Shown here: in pieces, positions 1 to 13,910 of the stretch | Layout of the letters: every line of letters starts with the position of its first letter | Position numbering within the stretch: position 1 is the stretch's first letter | Assembly: GCA_009103225.1 (NCBI GenBank) | Contig: RHPI01001559.1 | Coordinates: 190,274 to 254,273, forward strand | Source of the DNA: Chlorokybus atmophyticus | Taxonomy: Eukaryota; Plantae; Mesostigma and Chlorokybus algae | DNA length: 64,000 nucleotides | Reading direction: 5' to 3' | The notes under the pieces: generated by a model | Database searches by the model: none | Seen by the model: only the letters and a program-made list of their open reading frames with translations | Told to the model about the DNA's origin: nothing | Made by a program: the position numbers and the translations under genes

Positions 1-328
1 ACATCTATCCATGCTGTGTCCGCCTGACTAGTGTCCAATGCCGTCACCTAGGGAACATAGCAGCTTAACTCAGTAACAATATGAGAGGGAATAGTTTGTG
101 TTGAACACAGCAGCTACCCAACTCTTGCATGCATGCACTGGGTGTTTATGCAGGTTGCACATGCATGCACTCTCATAGGCATGTAGCTCAAGCCTGCATG
201 CTGCAAGCTTGGTAGGTTTGCAGCTCATGCATACATGCACGCATGCAAGCCGCTATACATGCACCCACCACAATTACCATCACGCATGCTTCTATGCGTG
301 CGTGCATGTTGGTAATGATGCAACTTAC

Positions 329-2170
329 AGCGGCCCGTACGCGCTCGTAGGATGTGGCGAGCAGCCGTTGGCGCGGCCACTCGGACAAGCCCTGCAGCGA
401 AAGCTTTGGTGCGGCAGGGATGGCCGGCTCGGAAGTCTCGTCCTCCTCAAAACTGGACAGCAGCGGGGGCAGAGAGTTCGCCTCCGCGCCCTCTACCCTC
501 TGCAGCTTCGCCGCGACGCTTTCCCACGCCTGCGCCGCAGTCGCAACCACGCGCTTACGCGGCCTAGTAGCGGCTGCGCCAATCAACCTGCTCGGACTGC
601 AAGTAGCAAGAAGGTCAGCGCACCATTCTTACTGATGCTTTGAGAACACTTGTGTGTGTTTGATGCTAATATATACATGGCTACTCGTATGTGCAAAGGA
701 TGCATGTGTGCATGTGTGCATATGCATGTGTACACTGCGCCTGACATACGCTTGCATTAGTTCATACTGACCGTTGGCATGCACATGTGTAATACAACCC
801 CTTGCTGACTGAACATGTACAAGTGGACATGCGCGTGTATACACACGCGCCTGTTCACATGCGCGTGAACACATCTTTGCAAGCGTGCATGTGTATGTGT
901 GTGCGTAACTGAGCGTGTGCATGCCTGTGTCTTTGTACGCGAAGTGATGCCCGTGTATACATTCACATATAGTGAGATGCACCACGATCAGTGACACCCA
1001 ATATTCAGCAAACGCACCTGCCTCTGCGTTGTTGTGCCGCGGCGCCTATGTCGGGCCGGACCTGGCCAACGGCGGACTGCACGCGGCGGCGGGCAGCGCG
1101 CTTCTCGCTTGCAGCAATCTGTTCCTTCACCTCCTTCCGACCGCTCACCGACCCGCTCGCGTACGCGGTGAGCGCCGCCGCAGCCGCAAGCGCAGCCTGT
1201 ATCGGTGTCAAGCTCCAGCTGCCGGACGCCAAGTTCTCCCTCAGCGCCTGGTTGGATTGTCGTTGGTGTTGGTGTTGTTGATGTGCAGTTGACAATGCAA
1301 GGATTTTGTTGCAGGAAAATTGGTATCGACCATGCATGTCGTGCGAGAGTGCATTGGGGTGAGAGCGTGCACCTTCAACCATCACGTGTGGTGAATTAGA
1401 AGTGTTGGTTCATGAGGTTTTTACTTGCTAAACACAATGCTGCCTGTCATGAATTACTGGCTGTTAGCACAGTTCAAGACTAACACCTGAATAACAGAGT
1501 GCAGATCAACAAAAGACAAGAACAACATGGGCGCGCATGGCATTGTGGTAATGCATCACCAGAGGACGCGACAGAGTGCAAAATCCAATACTACTGGTAT
1601 GTCCTGACATTAAGTTGAAATTATGGAATGCCCCACACATGCTAACCAGAGCATACCTTGCAACGGCCTACACTGCGCTACCAAGGCCAGTTGGATGTCA
1701 AACAGCTTGTCGCTAAAGCACACGTCAAATTTTGCTGCTGAATGCAAGCCAATACAGCCAATATTCGTGAGACATGCATTGGTTGACTTGACCTCGCAGG
1801 TTCTTGCACTTACTTCAAGTGCGCCAGCCAAGGCGTCGCCTGCAGCGCTGCATTGCGCTGCGCCACCACGCAGAGGATAGCTGCCTGATCCTCCCTCATG
1901 TCGTCGCCGCCGCCGGCCTCCTTCACCTACTCGTCGCCGGCCACCTCCTTCTTGCGGCTGCTGCTGCAGCCAGCGCTCCTTGCGCTGTGCCTCGCGCAGC
2001 GCTGAGCCGCGCCGCCTAGCAGCCGGCGCCCAGCAGCCCGGACTGAGCAGCGCAGACTGGCATACCAAGCTCATGCCCTGCTGCGCCCCACCGCCCACAC
2101 CACCGCCACCGCCGCCGGCACTGTGGCCGCCTACCACTCCCCCAGCAGTGCCAACCACCTTCACTTGCAG
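329..2170 (-). CDS. Multi-exon gene of unknown function, partial (exons about 597-329, 1249-1017 and probably about 2170-1815)
   Basis: GC-rich, Ala/Arg-rich open segments (IGAAATRPRKRVVATAAQAWESVAAKLQ..., ALRENLASGSWSLTPIQAALAAAAAL...) bounded by CAG acceptors and GTAAGT/GTGCGT donors on the minus strand. Frame of the most upstream exon is uncertain and no domain was recognised. Confidence 0.5.
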
Positions 2171-4004
2171 TACATCAGCTGCACACAGCCTGCAAGTTGC
2201 AATGCGCAGCTTGCAGTGCTGCAACTTGCCTTCCGCAAGCTTGCGGACAGCAAGTGTACAGGATATGCGAGGTGCCAATGTGAGCATGCATACGGTAGAA
2301 CAAAGGGGCCACAAAATAGTGCAAGCCAACCTGTAAGCAACCAACAATCAAGACAACTATTATCACACCACAAATCTAACCACCTATACTACGGGGGCTG
2401 GACGTATGTGCATGCAAGAAGGCAGGGCAGCAGCTAGTGACAGTTGGCGCAGATTCTGTTAAACTACATGCAGAAAGGCAGAGGCAGACATAGGCTTCCA
2501 AAAGTACTTAACGACTTACATACGTATACTGTATGTAATTGTGCACGGTAAAAAGTGTGCTGCCAACAACGCACTTTTCAACGTGCTCTTGCTTTCTTGC
2601 ATGGTGTGCGCAATCAATGTGACGAACAACTGCAATGTATCGACAGCATGCACAACAATTGATGGTGATGCCTTCAAGCTACGTGGGTAGGTGCGCGTGA
2701 TGTTGGTCCTTTTATTATTGACCTTATAGCCAACTTGCACAACAATCATCCTAAGCTTTCGGCGCAAACTAACATTAGTATATTGTAAAGCATGCGTACG
2801 ACGATCCATTTGCAAACATCACTCCTTAAATTTTGATGAACTTTGTGCTCATTTTCATATTTAGCGTGATCGTTTATATTGCAATGGCGTTAGAGTGGTA
2901 AGCATTTAACACATGTTCAATATTGCAAACATTAGATGTTAAACTTGCAGTACCTTGAATATTAAGTGAAAAGGGAGTTGAAATGTTAACTTACGGTTTA
3001 ATCTATGAGCATTTCATGCACGCGCAGGTTGTCCATGTTTGCTTTGCCCACCGTTGGCGAGAATGTTGAGCTTGACATTACAAGTGCTTGTTGAATGTAA
3101 GAAGTGCTATGCGTTGTGTGCCAGATGATATATTTTAAAGAAATGCATGCGTGATGGATGGTGAGTTTAAGTATGAAGCATACATGTTTTGCATCTGATC
3201 GACTCTTATTATTGCCATGCTAAGCAGTAAAATATCTAACAACAACTAAAAGGCATTATGCTGCTTGGCTTCAGCATGGTCAACATAGCATGTTAATACT
3301 CATGAAAACGCAAAATACATGTTGAATAACAAAAACATGTTAAGCAAGGATATGTATCATACAATGCTTATCCGCGGCCAAATGATGTGCAACACATCAA
3401 TGCTGCTATACAAAGCTTTTTGTTAATATATATATCATTTGGATGTTTTATGTATCAAGTCAATGCCTGCTGCTGTTAGGATATTGTTCTATGATATATA
3501 GCAATATACTATTTTACATCATGGCTCGGGCTTGGATTGTTTTCTGTGCGTTAAGATACATATGACTTTATTATGTCCAAAGTTTTGTAATTTACTGATA
3601 CATATGTCATAATTGATTGATATCAACAGCATAAGCATTGCTCATCCACTAGCGCATTATGTTGGTGCGAATTATCAGTCCACAACAAGTGTATAGATTT
3701 GTGGACCGGTCTTGAAATTCTACACATGCTTCCAGGTCAATTGTTCATTTAGGACAGGCTGCCACATGTCTTGTATGTTACAGTTGTGTCACAAGTTTTA
3801 CCACCCTGGCGTGAGCAGTGTGCCCACTGAGCACCGCGTGCGTGTTCGCGCGCACAGTACCCTGCGGCGGCCAGTAAGCAAGCAGCTCGTGGCGCGTGGC
3901 GATCAGTTACGATGCTTGTGTTTCGTACCTTCAAGGTAGGTTGCTGGTGAGTTAACCCTGAGGTAAGTTACGACTGGTAGCTTACCAGGTAAGTTACCTG
4001 TTAA

Positions 4005-4047
4005 GTCTTGGCAAGAGAGTTACCTGAGGTAACTCTCCTGCCAAGAC
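4005..4047. repeat. Near-perfect palindrome, 21-bp arms
   Basis: GTCTTGGCAAGAGAGTTACCT-G-AGGTAACTCTCCTGCCAAGAC, one mismatch. Preceded by repeated AGGTAAGTTAC motifs (3961, 3988). Confidence 0.85.
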
Positions 4048-5651
4048 GCTTGGCCCAAACCTCTTAAGGTTGCCTAACCCAGAAAGCGACCATGAGGGCC
4101 CCCGTTTATCACCGCCACTAACCAGGTCTGCCGATCACCCAAACAAGTACGACGTAGCAGATGACAGTGTTCTTGCTCGCAAGTTACGTGTCCGGCTCGG
4201 GGTGTGGCGTATTTCGGGATACTCCGGCCAGGAGAGGAACGGCGTGGCGCGAGGTTCAAAGCAAGGTAGTAAGCCGCTGCATTCAAATCGTGCAGTGACA
4301 GCTGGCACTGGTGAAGGCGGCGGTGGGGACGGTGTTGGAGGCGGCGCAGGGGTAGGGGCTGGTGGTCTTCTTTTATGTCTGCAGTTGACGCCTTCCTTCA
4401 CTGAGCGCTCGTCGTTCCGGCTGGGTTTCTTGCGTCCGACGAGAGTCACTGTCCCCAGCTGCAGCCTCAAACCACTCGCACACAGCCTCAGGCCCAGGGC
4501 GCCAGCTACTTCTGGATCGGTTGAGCGTACAGCTTCTTTGACTCCATCCGCAGCTGGTAAGATGCGAAGCGGTTGGTTTCTAGGTTACAGTGCTGGCAGA
4601 GGCGGCACACTTTAAACTGATCCAGCGACAGATTGCGTTTGATGTGTTTTGAGTCAGCTTTCTGCCGTGCGGAAGTTATCGCATACATTCTTTTTGATCG
4701 TCAATGTGTCACACAGGCAATCCGCAGCTCTGCAATGTTTAGGTTTTGCCATTCCTCTACATGATGTTGCCAACTCCTGGGTTACCCAACTCACAGGCAT
4801 TGTGCTGTGTAAGTAGAGAAGCCGCATGGCTGCACTAACAAGCACGCTCTGCTGATCCATTAGCTAAATGCCGGTGGTTGTAGCACCTGCTTCTCTTATC
4901 AGTGAATCTTGTTGCTTGGGAAGCGTGTAAAGGAGTACTAGCGTGCGCATGCAAGCACTGCAAGCACACATCACTTATTTGTCTTACAAGGAAAGATTCG
5001 GTGGTCGGTGCATTCACGCGCAGTCGAAGGCACATCTGTACACATACGTATACCAGAGGTGTGTCATCGTAGTGCACATCGTGTCAAGCGGACTGTTGCC
5101 AGCACAACTGGTGGACTGTGATATGACGCTTACAAAGATGCTATGCTGAGGCAGTATTGCAAAAATAGTGGAGCTGTCAGATTGTGCGATATCAACGTAG
5201 GGTACTTTGTTTTGCATACGCTTGCACTGCATAATTGTAGACAAACAATTTCAGCAATGCGTGCGCCTTGTGAATCTTTGTCTGTGAACCATTGGTGGTT
5301 GCCCAGGCCGCATGGCACAAGACAGCCAGCTGCAGGTCTGCAAGGCTGGCTGTTGTTGGGGCTCGTCTGATTGCTGGATGGCGTCAATTGAAAACCGGTT
5401 TTGCTGCTTGTAGTCACGTGGTCAGGTTTAGGGTTAGGGTTTATGGCTGCATCTGCCAGTGTGGAGCACATGTGACGATGTGCAGTTTCACAGATGGGAG
5501 TATTAGCGTGTGTAGAGTGTAGTTTACCAGTGTGCTATTGTGATCAACTAGGTCTCACCACTCCTTCCTGGTTACTGAGCAGAATGTGTTTGGTGCTAGG
5601 CCGTTTGAGCATGGCAGATAGTGTGGGCGGTGTCTTGGATGGTGCAGCGTA

Positions 5652-8600
5652 ATGCACGCTTTCAACCCTGCAAGACGAAGAACACAAAGCCAATTGGACG
5701 GCAGCACGGATTTTGCTGATTTGCAGGTATTCTGGGCAGGAATATCATCATCAACATCAAATTTGCTGAGTCATGCTGCACAGGCAGTATCCTCGTTGTG
5801 CACAAGAGTGTACTCACTGAAAAGACTAGATTTGTATGGTTGAAAAGAATACCATGATGATTGGTGTTGTTCATTACTTCTCGCATGGTTACAATGCTGG
5901 CGAACTTCATGCAAAGTACTATCTCTCATGTGTGACTTGTTGTTGCATATTTCCGTATCACAGCAGAACGGCTTGTTGATGGGTGATGGCTACGCCGGCC
6001 AAGATGGATTGGTGCAGGTTGACGCTCACTCCCAGGCCAGTCCAAGCAAGGTATGTGGCCTGCACGTGAGCATGACACAGCAGAATAATAGAGTCGGCTT
6101 AACTGACCTTTTAGGCTGCATGCCTTTCTTGCGTTAGCTAGGAGGATTGCGGTCTGCTTGTCAACTGCATCATCAGTTTGACTCGAGCTGCAATGGGCAG
6201 GGTGGCACAGACATCCGTCGCCGCGTTGCAGCAGTGACAGCCGGTGTGCAAGCCCGCCTGCGGAAGAAGTTTACAGCAGATGGACACTCACCCTCTGCAG
6301 CTGAAGGGTATACCGGTGGTTACCCGCAAATGCCACTCACACCAGATCTCCAGCGCAGCCAGACTAGCTCGGTGCCTGCGCATCAGGGCTTTGCGCAGCC
6401 GCAGGCATGGCAGACCCTGAATGGCATGCAGTATGGGGCGTCTGCTCCAGCACCACCAGTGCAACATCTGCCACCGCACTCCATCTCTCCACCTTTGCCC
6501 GAGTGGTCAGGTGCTGGAGCTCAAGGGCAAAGTATGTACGCGAGTGCCAGCCGCATTCCCCCTGGTTACGTATATGCCACAAATCGCCCCATTGCGATGT
6601 CCAATTCGGCCGTGCCTTCCTCTGTTCAGTTGGCTGCAGATGCAAACGGTAATCAGCTCTCCGCAGTTCGGGGACCAGATGGCCGTCTTCAGATTCAAGA
6701 AACACATCCTTCAGCAATGCCCCATCAGCAGCACAACATGGGCCAACAACCATACCCGAGTTCACAATTCCAGAATGGTGCATTTCCAAGTCCTGGTTAT
6801 GCGCCTTCACCTCCATCTCCATCGACGCCTCCAACCAGTGCAAGTTCCGCGCCATCTCCCAGCGTAGACCTTGACCGCCTGCTTCGCGCAAAGCAGCAAG
6901 CGGCTATGAGAGCTGCTGAGTTGGAGAGAGCAAGGCGTGCCGCTGATGATGCAGCTCAAGAGTTGCAGAAACTGATGGCTTCAAATTTCGCCACGAACAC
7001 CTCCACTAGCCAGGTACATGCTGTTGCATTACCAACCACTCAGTTGGTCCAACTTCCATGATAGGTTGTCGTAGCAGGTGGCAGTGACGTTGCATTGAAT
7101 TGGGTAGGTGCTCAGCCCAGGAGCTGATAAAGAAAACTGGTCTGGACATTTTGCTGCACAGAGTGCCAAGCGTGATGATGTTGGAATGCCCGTGCATGGG
7201 ATGGAGCAGCAACAACAAGCAGCTGCTCATTACAACTGGGCCCAACCTGGACAACCTATGCAAATGCCCAACAACAGGCACACATCTGGCGACTCACAAA
7301 CAGGTCAGGCGTCCATTGGTGTTGTGCATGTCTCTATGTGCCAGTGGAGCAGCATGCTGCCCCTTTCAAGTTACTAATGTCAATGCGAGCCACTGGCTGA
7401 AAATCTTGTCACAGGTCCTACGTCATTTAGCCAAAACGCAGAGGCACCTGCAGTACATAGCATGGCACACGCAGCAGAGCAGAGAAGGCGCGAACTGCAA
7501 GCAGCAGCCGCAGCCGCTTTGCAAGAACGCACAGCGAGAGAAACGACAGACCCTCGTTGGCAGGGGCAGATGGTCACAGAGAGAAACCAACCTGCTTCTG
7601 TCGCTGTTGCACAAAACTTGCTTATGCCCCCGCAACAGTCTCCCATGTCTTCAGCAGCACAGCGGCAACAGATGGTGTCACCTATACGAGCGACACCAGC
7701 CAGCCAGGTGAGTCTTGGTGAACAATTGGTTGGTCTTGGTGTAGCTTGCATAGGATAGTGACCAAATGTTCTTACAACAGGGACCTCCATTGCCACCAGC
7801 CAAGCAAACAACAGACGTGCCATCCATGCAGCAAGAGAGAGAGGAGGCACGCAGGGTAGCGCGCATTGAAATGGAACGGCGCGAGATGTTGCGCCGGCGC
7901 GAGATTGAGCGTCGGCAGAGGGAAGCTGCGGAGATTCAACGGCAACAGCAAGACAAGGTACATCTCTGCTCTAGATGATGTGTGGCCTCTGTGATGTTGA
8001 AGCACATAGCACTGTTGGCCTCATCATTACACAAAGTGCAATGCAAGCTGGAACACCTCTCGACAGCTGTTACGACTGCTGTATACTTGCATGAACCACA
8101 AAAGACTAGCACCAGTAAGCTGCAGTGCAGAAAGCTACTAGTACCAGGCGTGACAGGCACCGCGGCCACTAGTTGGCTGGGCGTAGGTTATTGGTTGTTT
8201 TGGTTGCACGCATGGCATCGCCTAAAGCAGACAAACTTGGAGTGCTCACGCTGGTACTTTGTGTTGCAGGCTGCTGCAGCCTTGCGCAGACAGCAAGAAG
8301 AAGAGGAGCAACAGCGTCGTGAAAGGATGGCGCAGGCGGAAGCTGCCAGGCGTGTCGCTGAACTAGAAGCCAAACAGCGACAAGCAGCTGAAGCAGCTGA
8401 AAAACTGCGCTTGGCCAAAGAGGAAGAACAGCGGCGCCTTGAAGAGGAAGCAAGGGCAAGAGCACTTGAAATGGAGGTCAAGCGCAAAGAAGAAGAGGAT
8501 GATGAGGACGAGTGGTGGTCATTGAGCGCAGCCAGGGTTCAAGCCCAAGCTGAAGAGAAACGCAAGGCTGAGGAGCAAGCCAGGAAGGAAGCAGAGTTGA

Positions 8601-11517
8601 AGCAGCCGCTGCCCTCACCACAGCCTGCAGCTACGACTGCAGATGGTGTTGCTGGCAATCGCAGCCAGGCAGCAAGTGACACCACAGTGCGTGAACTGAA
8701 GGAGTGGGAACGCATTGAGCTGGAGGTGCGCATGCATTTTCTGAAGGAAATCGGAGTTAAACAAGGTAATCGTGTACAGGGTGGTGGCACAGTGAGCAGC
8801 AGCATACAAGAACGTGAGATTAGCACAGATGCTGCAGCTGAGCATGTGCCATCAGTTGCCGAAGAGACAGCTGAGGTTCTGGAGCAGCAGCGTGAGCAAG
8901 AAGAAAAGGAGAGGTTGCAAAGGGAGGAGCATCAGCGCATGGCAAAATCCTTGGAACAGCAGCGGCAGCAAGAAAAGGTCCAACAAGAAAAGGAAAAGCG
9001 CGCTGCTGAGGAGCGGGAAATTGCCCGGCAGGAGGCGCGGCGACGGATTGCATTGCTTGAGCGTGCTGAAAGTGAGCGAGCTCAACGGATGCTGGAGAAG
9101 GAGCGCCTTGAAAGAAACCAAGCTGCCTCACAGTGGCTGGACATGCAAGCTTCACAGGCTGCCAGAGAAGCTGCTCGCAAAGCTGATGCTGAAAGGAAGG
9201 AGGCAGAGGCACGTGAAAGGATCAAAGCGGAGAAGGAGAGGTTGGAAAAGGAACGGCTGCAGCAGGAGCTCAAGGAACTGGAACGGGTAGAGCTTGAGAA
9301 GTTGGAGCGTGCAACGAGGGAGGAAGAGCGTCGCAAGGCAGAGCATGCACAACGGCTCGAGAAGGAGAGGCTGGAAAAGGCAAGATTGCAACAGGGGCGT
9401 GAACGGCAGGAGCGCCTGCAGCAGGAGCGCCAAGCCAAAGAGGTTGCAGAAAGGGAAGAGGATGCGCGCAGGCAGCAAGAGCTCCGTGCCAAAGCCCTTG
9501 CCGAAAGGGAGGAGCGTCTCCGCAAGCAGCAGGAAGAGGAGCGGCTGGAACAAGAGCGCAAGGAACACGAGCGTCAACGTGCCCAGCAGGAGGAGCTACG
9601 CGCCAAAGAGCTGGCGGAACGGCAACTGCGTCAACAGGAAGAAGAGCGGTTGGAACAAGAGCGCCTGCACGCACAAGAGTTGGAACGGAAACGCCTTGCT
9701 GAAGGAAAGGCAAAAGGGGAGCAGGAGGCAGCACAGAAGCGGCTGGAGGCAGAACACAAAGCAAAATTGGAACAAGAACGGAAAGAGCAGGTACAAGGTT
9801 GCAGGGTGCTGCCCGCTTATGTTTGTGGCGTTGCCCTGTTTTGTTGAGGTTCTGCAGTTGTGTACTGACTGGGTCCTAACAACGTCCTGTAGGAGCGAGC
9901 ACACAAGCAGCACATGGAGCGAGAGCTGTTGGCTCAGCTGCAACGTGAGCGCCTGGCCGCACAGAGGCAGGAGATGGAGCAGCGGGAGAGGGCGAAAAGG
10001 GAAGCAGAGGAGCGTGCACGTCAGGAAGCCGAGAAGGAGCGAGGCAAAGCTGCTCAGAAAGAGCGCGAACAAATGGAGTATCTGCAGGCAGAAAGGGCTA
10101 AGGAGGCTGCAAAGGAGCAACAGCGTGTGATTGAGGAGCGGTACGAGCGTGAAGCTGCCGCACATCGTGAAAAGGAGCGCGTCATGCGAGAGCTGTCTGA
10201 TCGCAGGGCTGCTGCGGCATCGGCTTCAGCATCATCACCAGTTGGCAGGCCAGGTCCTGCATCACGACCCCCTGCAAGTGGTGTCAGCACACCACCGAGC
10301 AACATGGATCCGTATGTGGACCAGATGTGGGGTCAGTGGGCAGATCAGGCGGGCAGCCGTACAGTGCATGACAACTACCAACCTCAGTTTGGCCAAGATT
10401 ATGGCAACGGCGTTGAACCTCAGGGCACCTGGGTGAAAATGCCAGCAAGACCCCCACCGCCACCACCGGTAAGTGAACATTGCAACCATGCATTGATGGG
10501 AGATCAGCACATCATATGCGTGCTTATAAGAGTTGGAACTGGTATATTTTCTTGTATGTAACTGTCGCTGGTCACAGGTTTCTGTTCAACAAGCGGCTGC
10601 CGCTGCGCGCGCGGAGCAGCAAAGCAGAGTTGCTGCTGCCGCTGCAGCTGCTAATGATGCTGAGGCTGAGCGGTGGAGAAAGGCAGCAGAAGCGCAACAG
10701 CAGGCAGAAAAGTTGCGGCAAGAGAAAGAAGACGCACAGCGCCAGGCCGCCGCTGCTGCGGCGCAGGCACAGAAGCAGGCAAATGCAGCGATGGCGGCAG
10801 CTGCAGCAGAAGCAGAGCGCAGGCGCCGAGAGCGCCATAATGAGCAGGCTTCCGCGGCTTCTGCTGCTGCAGACAGGGCAAGGAACAAGATGCAGCAGGA
10901 TGCAGAACGGCGTGCACGGGAAGCGGCTCAAAGACAACAGCAAGTAAGCGCACCAATGCGCAGTTGAACAGGCACTTTGCACAGTCATCTGCTGATATAT
11001 GCGTGAGACCCCTTGTACGTGTGCATGTGTCTGTCGCGCACTAATTCACCCAGTGTTGTCTTTCTGCCACTGACTGCTCGACTTGTATTAGGAGGCGGCT
11101 GCTCGTGCACATCAGCAGCAACAAGAGTTCTTTTCCCAGTTCTCGAGTGGACCGCAGTATGGCGTACCACCGCAGCTGCAGCCTTTCGGTGCTACCATGC
11201 AGCAGCCAGCACTATCCGTGCAGCTGGCTGGGTATGAAGAACGGTGGAAAACATTCAGAGCCACTCCACCTGCCACAATATCTTTCAATGATGTCCCGTG
11301 GCCACCTTCACCAGACAATCCCTTGTGTCTTCTACCTGGTGACGACATGGATGTCGTCAAGAAAAAGGTGAAGGATGCTGTGCTGCGCTGGCACCCTGAC
11401 AAGTTTCAGCAGCGCTTCTCAGGCAAGCTCATAGAGCATGAAAAGGAGCGCATCATGAAAGCCGTCAGCCACATTTTCATCTCGGTCAACGAGGAGAAGA
11501 CCAAGTGGTTTTTGTAG
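5652..11517 (+). CDS. Large multi-exon protein: Pro/Gln-rich N-terminus, long E/R/Q/K coiled coil, C-terminal J-like domain of the NFKBIL1 type
   Basis: GT-AG exons about 5652-5726, 5964-6050, 6177-7012, 7108-7304, 7454-7707, 7781-7957, 8270-9790, 9893-10469, 10577-10943, 11159-11517; junction phases were consistent where checked. Last exon has EERWKTF...ISFNDVPWP...LRWHPDKFQQRFSGKL...ERIMKAV. TGTAA motif about 45 bp after the stop. True start may lie further upstream. Confidence 0.85.
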
Positions 11518-12277
11518 TATTGTCCTACACAATTGCTTGTTGATTGCTCGTAACACTTATGTGTAAATATTGTGTTGCCATTGTTAGCTTTGGTACTGCG
11601 GCTATCGTTGGTTGGGTATCGTTTGTACGGCTTGAGGTGACATGATTGCCATGTTTAAATGATGGGTAAGCTCTCCAATAGCAGGTTTTCCAAGTGAAAC
11701 CTTGTCAATGACACGCAGTGTTCCTGACATGCCTACATCGTGTCTTCGAATACAATTTTTATGCAGTTATTATTGCAGCTTGCAGCTTTGCTGAAGCTCA
11801 TTTTTGGTAGCCTCCGAAGTCAAGTTCTCCTTTGATGTGCCAGTGTCATGGTGTGACAGTGACGTGTGGACACGCGTTTGAGTGTGCGAAATGTGCTGTG
11901 GGCTGCATGGCGTGCTCACAACACATGCACTGTAGCCTATGAACAACGCTCTGCTTGTCGAGCAAGAATTCCGACCTTGTCCACAACTTAGAAACAAGTT
12001 GCAGTACCTTTGATTGCGCCCAATACCACAAGCTCCTACGGACTACCAAGCTGTAGATGCTTACACTGTTGACCTTCTTGACGATTGCAACATCTGCGTA
12101 ACCCGAGCATCTTGATGACATCATCACGCAACGTGCACAGTCTGCCGTCTGGCAGGGCATGTGACATACGACGACGACCACAAGTTTGTCATCAACACTC
12201 AAGGCTAGTTTTGGCGAGCTTTTCTTTGATACACCGGTGGCGGCGGCGGCGGCGGCAGCAGAGTGCTGCTGTCGCCA

Positions 12278-13910
12278 TGGACCTCCTAGCCAGCGAGTTG
12301 CTGCAGGAGGTGTGAGCGGGCGCGACCTTGCGCGCTGTGCGTGCGTCTGCCGCGCCTGGCAGCGAGCTGCGCAGGCAGATGGGCTCTGGAGAAGACCACT
12401 ACCCTGCGGCTGCCCAGGTGAGGTTATTGTACGGAACTACCAATGGTTGAGGAGCATGCAGTAGTGAGAAAGGATAATTTCGCACAAAAAGCGTGGTGAG
12501 AATCCTTGAAGGCGGCCCACGTATCACTCACCTAGCAACCACAACTGTTACAACACTGCAAACTACACAACAAGGACTGCCGGGCTATGGGCACCTGCGC
12601 GCATGTATTTTGGTGCATGCGTGTGCGTTTACGTGTGTAAGTCGAGTGCATGTGTGCTTAGATGCGCGGGTGTGCGCGTGCAGGTACGTGTGCATGACCG
12701 CGTGTATGCGCATCCGTGTACACGTTCGCGTGCCTGTGCATGCTTGCACATGCCAGTTCTCACAGAAGAGCGAGTGTGCGTATGAGCAGTGTGGCATACG
12801 TGTCTGTGTTCATCAAGGTGTTTGTGGTGCATCACCTTATTGCTGCTATGCGCATTGGTGTATCCGTGACATACATGTCCTCCAACCGCTTCGACTGTCC
12901 AAACTGCTGATGCATTGGCAGCGTTCACAACAAAGTACGCTGCAAAAGCCATGCACGCACACTAGCACACTATGTGCCAGGTGCACGTGTTTGTTGTTGC
13001 TTGTCTGAGTGCGGTTCACAGGTTATTCAACTCTCAACATTGCCAATGTTGTTGCAACAGGTTGTGTAAACTGACATACCAAACAACTTCCTGTCAACAG
13101 CCAACCAAGTCTACGGATGCAACTCACCTGTGCGTAAGCCGCATGTGCAGCAAGTAAAACATGTTTACCTACCCTTAAACACTGCTGGATAACCAATCAC
13201 TATGTTATATAAAGAGTCGAATAGGAATATCTCATTTGCTATCTTTGCAGGTACATGAGAGGATGGGTACATCGTGCGGCGTGTATTTGCGCAACTCCAG
13301 CACATGCGGCTGCCACCTGCACCAAGTCAACAACTGAAACAGCAACCAGAGCATCAATTGTACATCTTTCATCTTTGGTTAGGTGAAGATGTGTACTGAG
13401 GCACAACCAAAGAGATGAGCAAAGCATTACAAAAATTCAGCAAGCGTTGGACACAGCATATGTTGTGACGTGAACATGTGTTGTTGTGTGTTGAGCAGCT
13501 AGGAGTGCTTGACATAGAGTTCGAAGACTACAACATGTGGCTGAAGACTCCGCGCGAGTTTGGCGACCACGCCGAAGTGTTGGTTCAAGTCGTGCGTAAG
13601 CGGGACGGCAAGATGGCGTGTCTGTTGGACACGCGCGCACGTGATATTGTTGGCTGCGAGTGCGTGTGGGGCGACGGGATACGGATCAACGAGCATTGCG
13701 TTGCAGCAATTGTAAATGGCCGCACGTGCCATTTGGGAAATACGCGGCATATTGGTATGTTGGTTTCTATCTATTGTCGAGCGATGATGATGAGTGATCG
13801 TAAGTGATGTGAGTTAGAGATGTCTGTGGCATGTGACGAGCGCTACTGGCTTGTCTCCAGAAGAGCTCGATAGGCTCTTCTCAACTAGTGAGGACATATC
13901 TTGGTATTGA
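12278..13910 (+). pseudogene. F-box family paralog A, pseudogene
   Basis: ATG GAC CTC CTA GCC AGC GAG...GAG GTG TGA: two deletions of about 10 bp in exon 1 relative to the 54709 copy, a frameshift and TGG>TGA in exon 2 (about 13250-13400), and exon 3 with VLVQVVRKRDGKMACLLDT. Confidence 0.85.

Noticed and set aside
2500-3700. AT-rich block and ORF 2516-2815 as a decayed transposon
   Set aside because: No recognisable motif, TIR or TSD.
4070-5500. Possible minus-strand gene or retroelement remnant
   Set aside because: Open segments switch frames and show no identifiable domain or consistent splice pattern.
8169-10990. Long antisense ORFs over the coiled-coil gene, and likewise over pogo, hAT and WD40
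   Set aside because: Shadow frames of GC-rich repetitive coding sequence.
12493-13010. Numerous Cys/His/Val/Met-rich ORFs here and in similar regions (630-1000, 18540-18850, 22190-22560, 59300-59700, 62900-63200)
   Set aside because: They are translations of TG/CA/TGCA-rich intronic low-complexity DNA.
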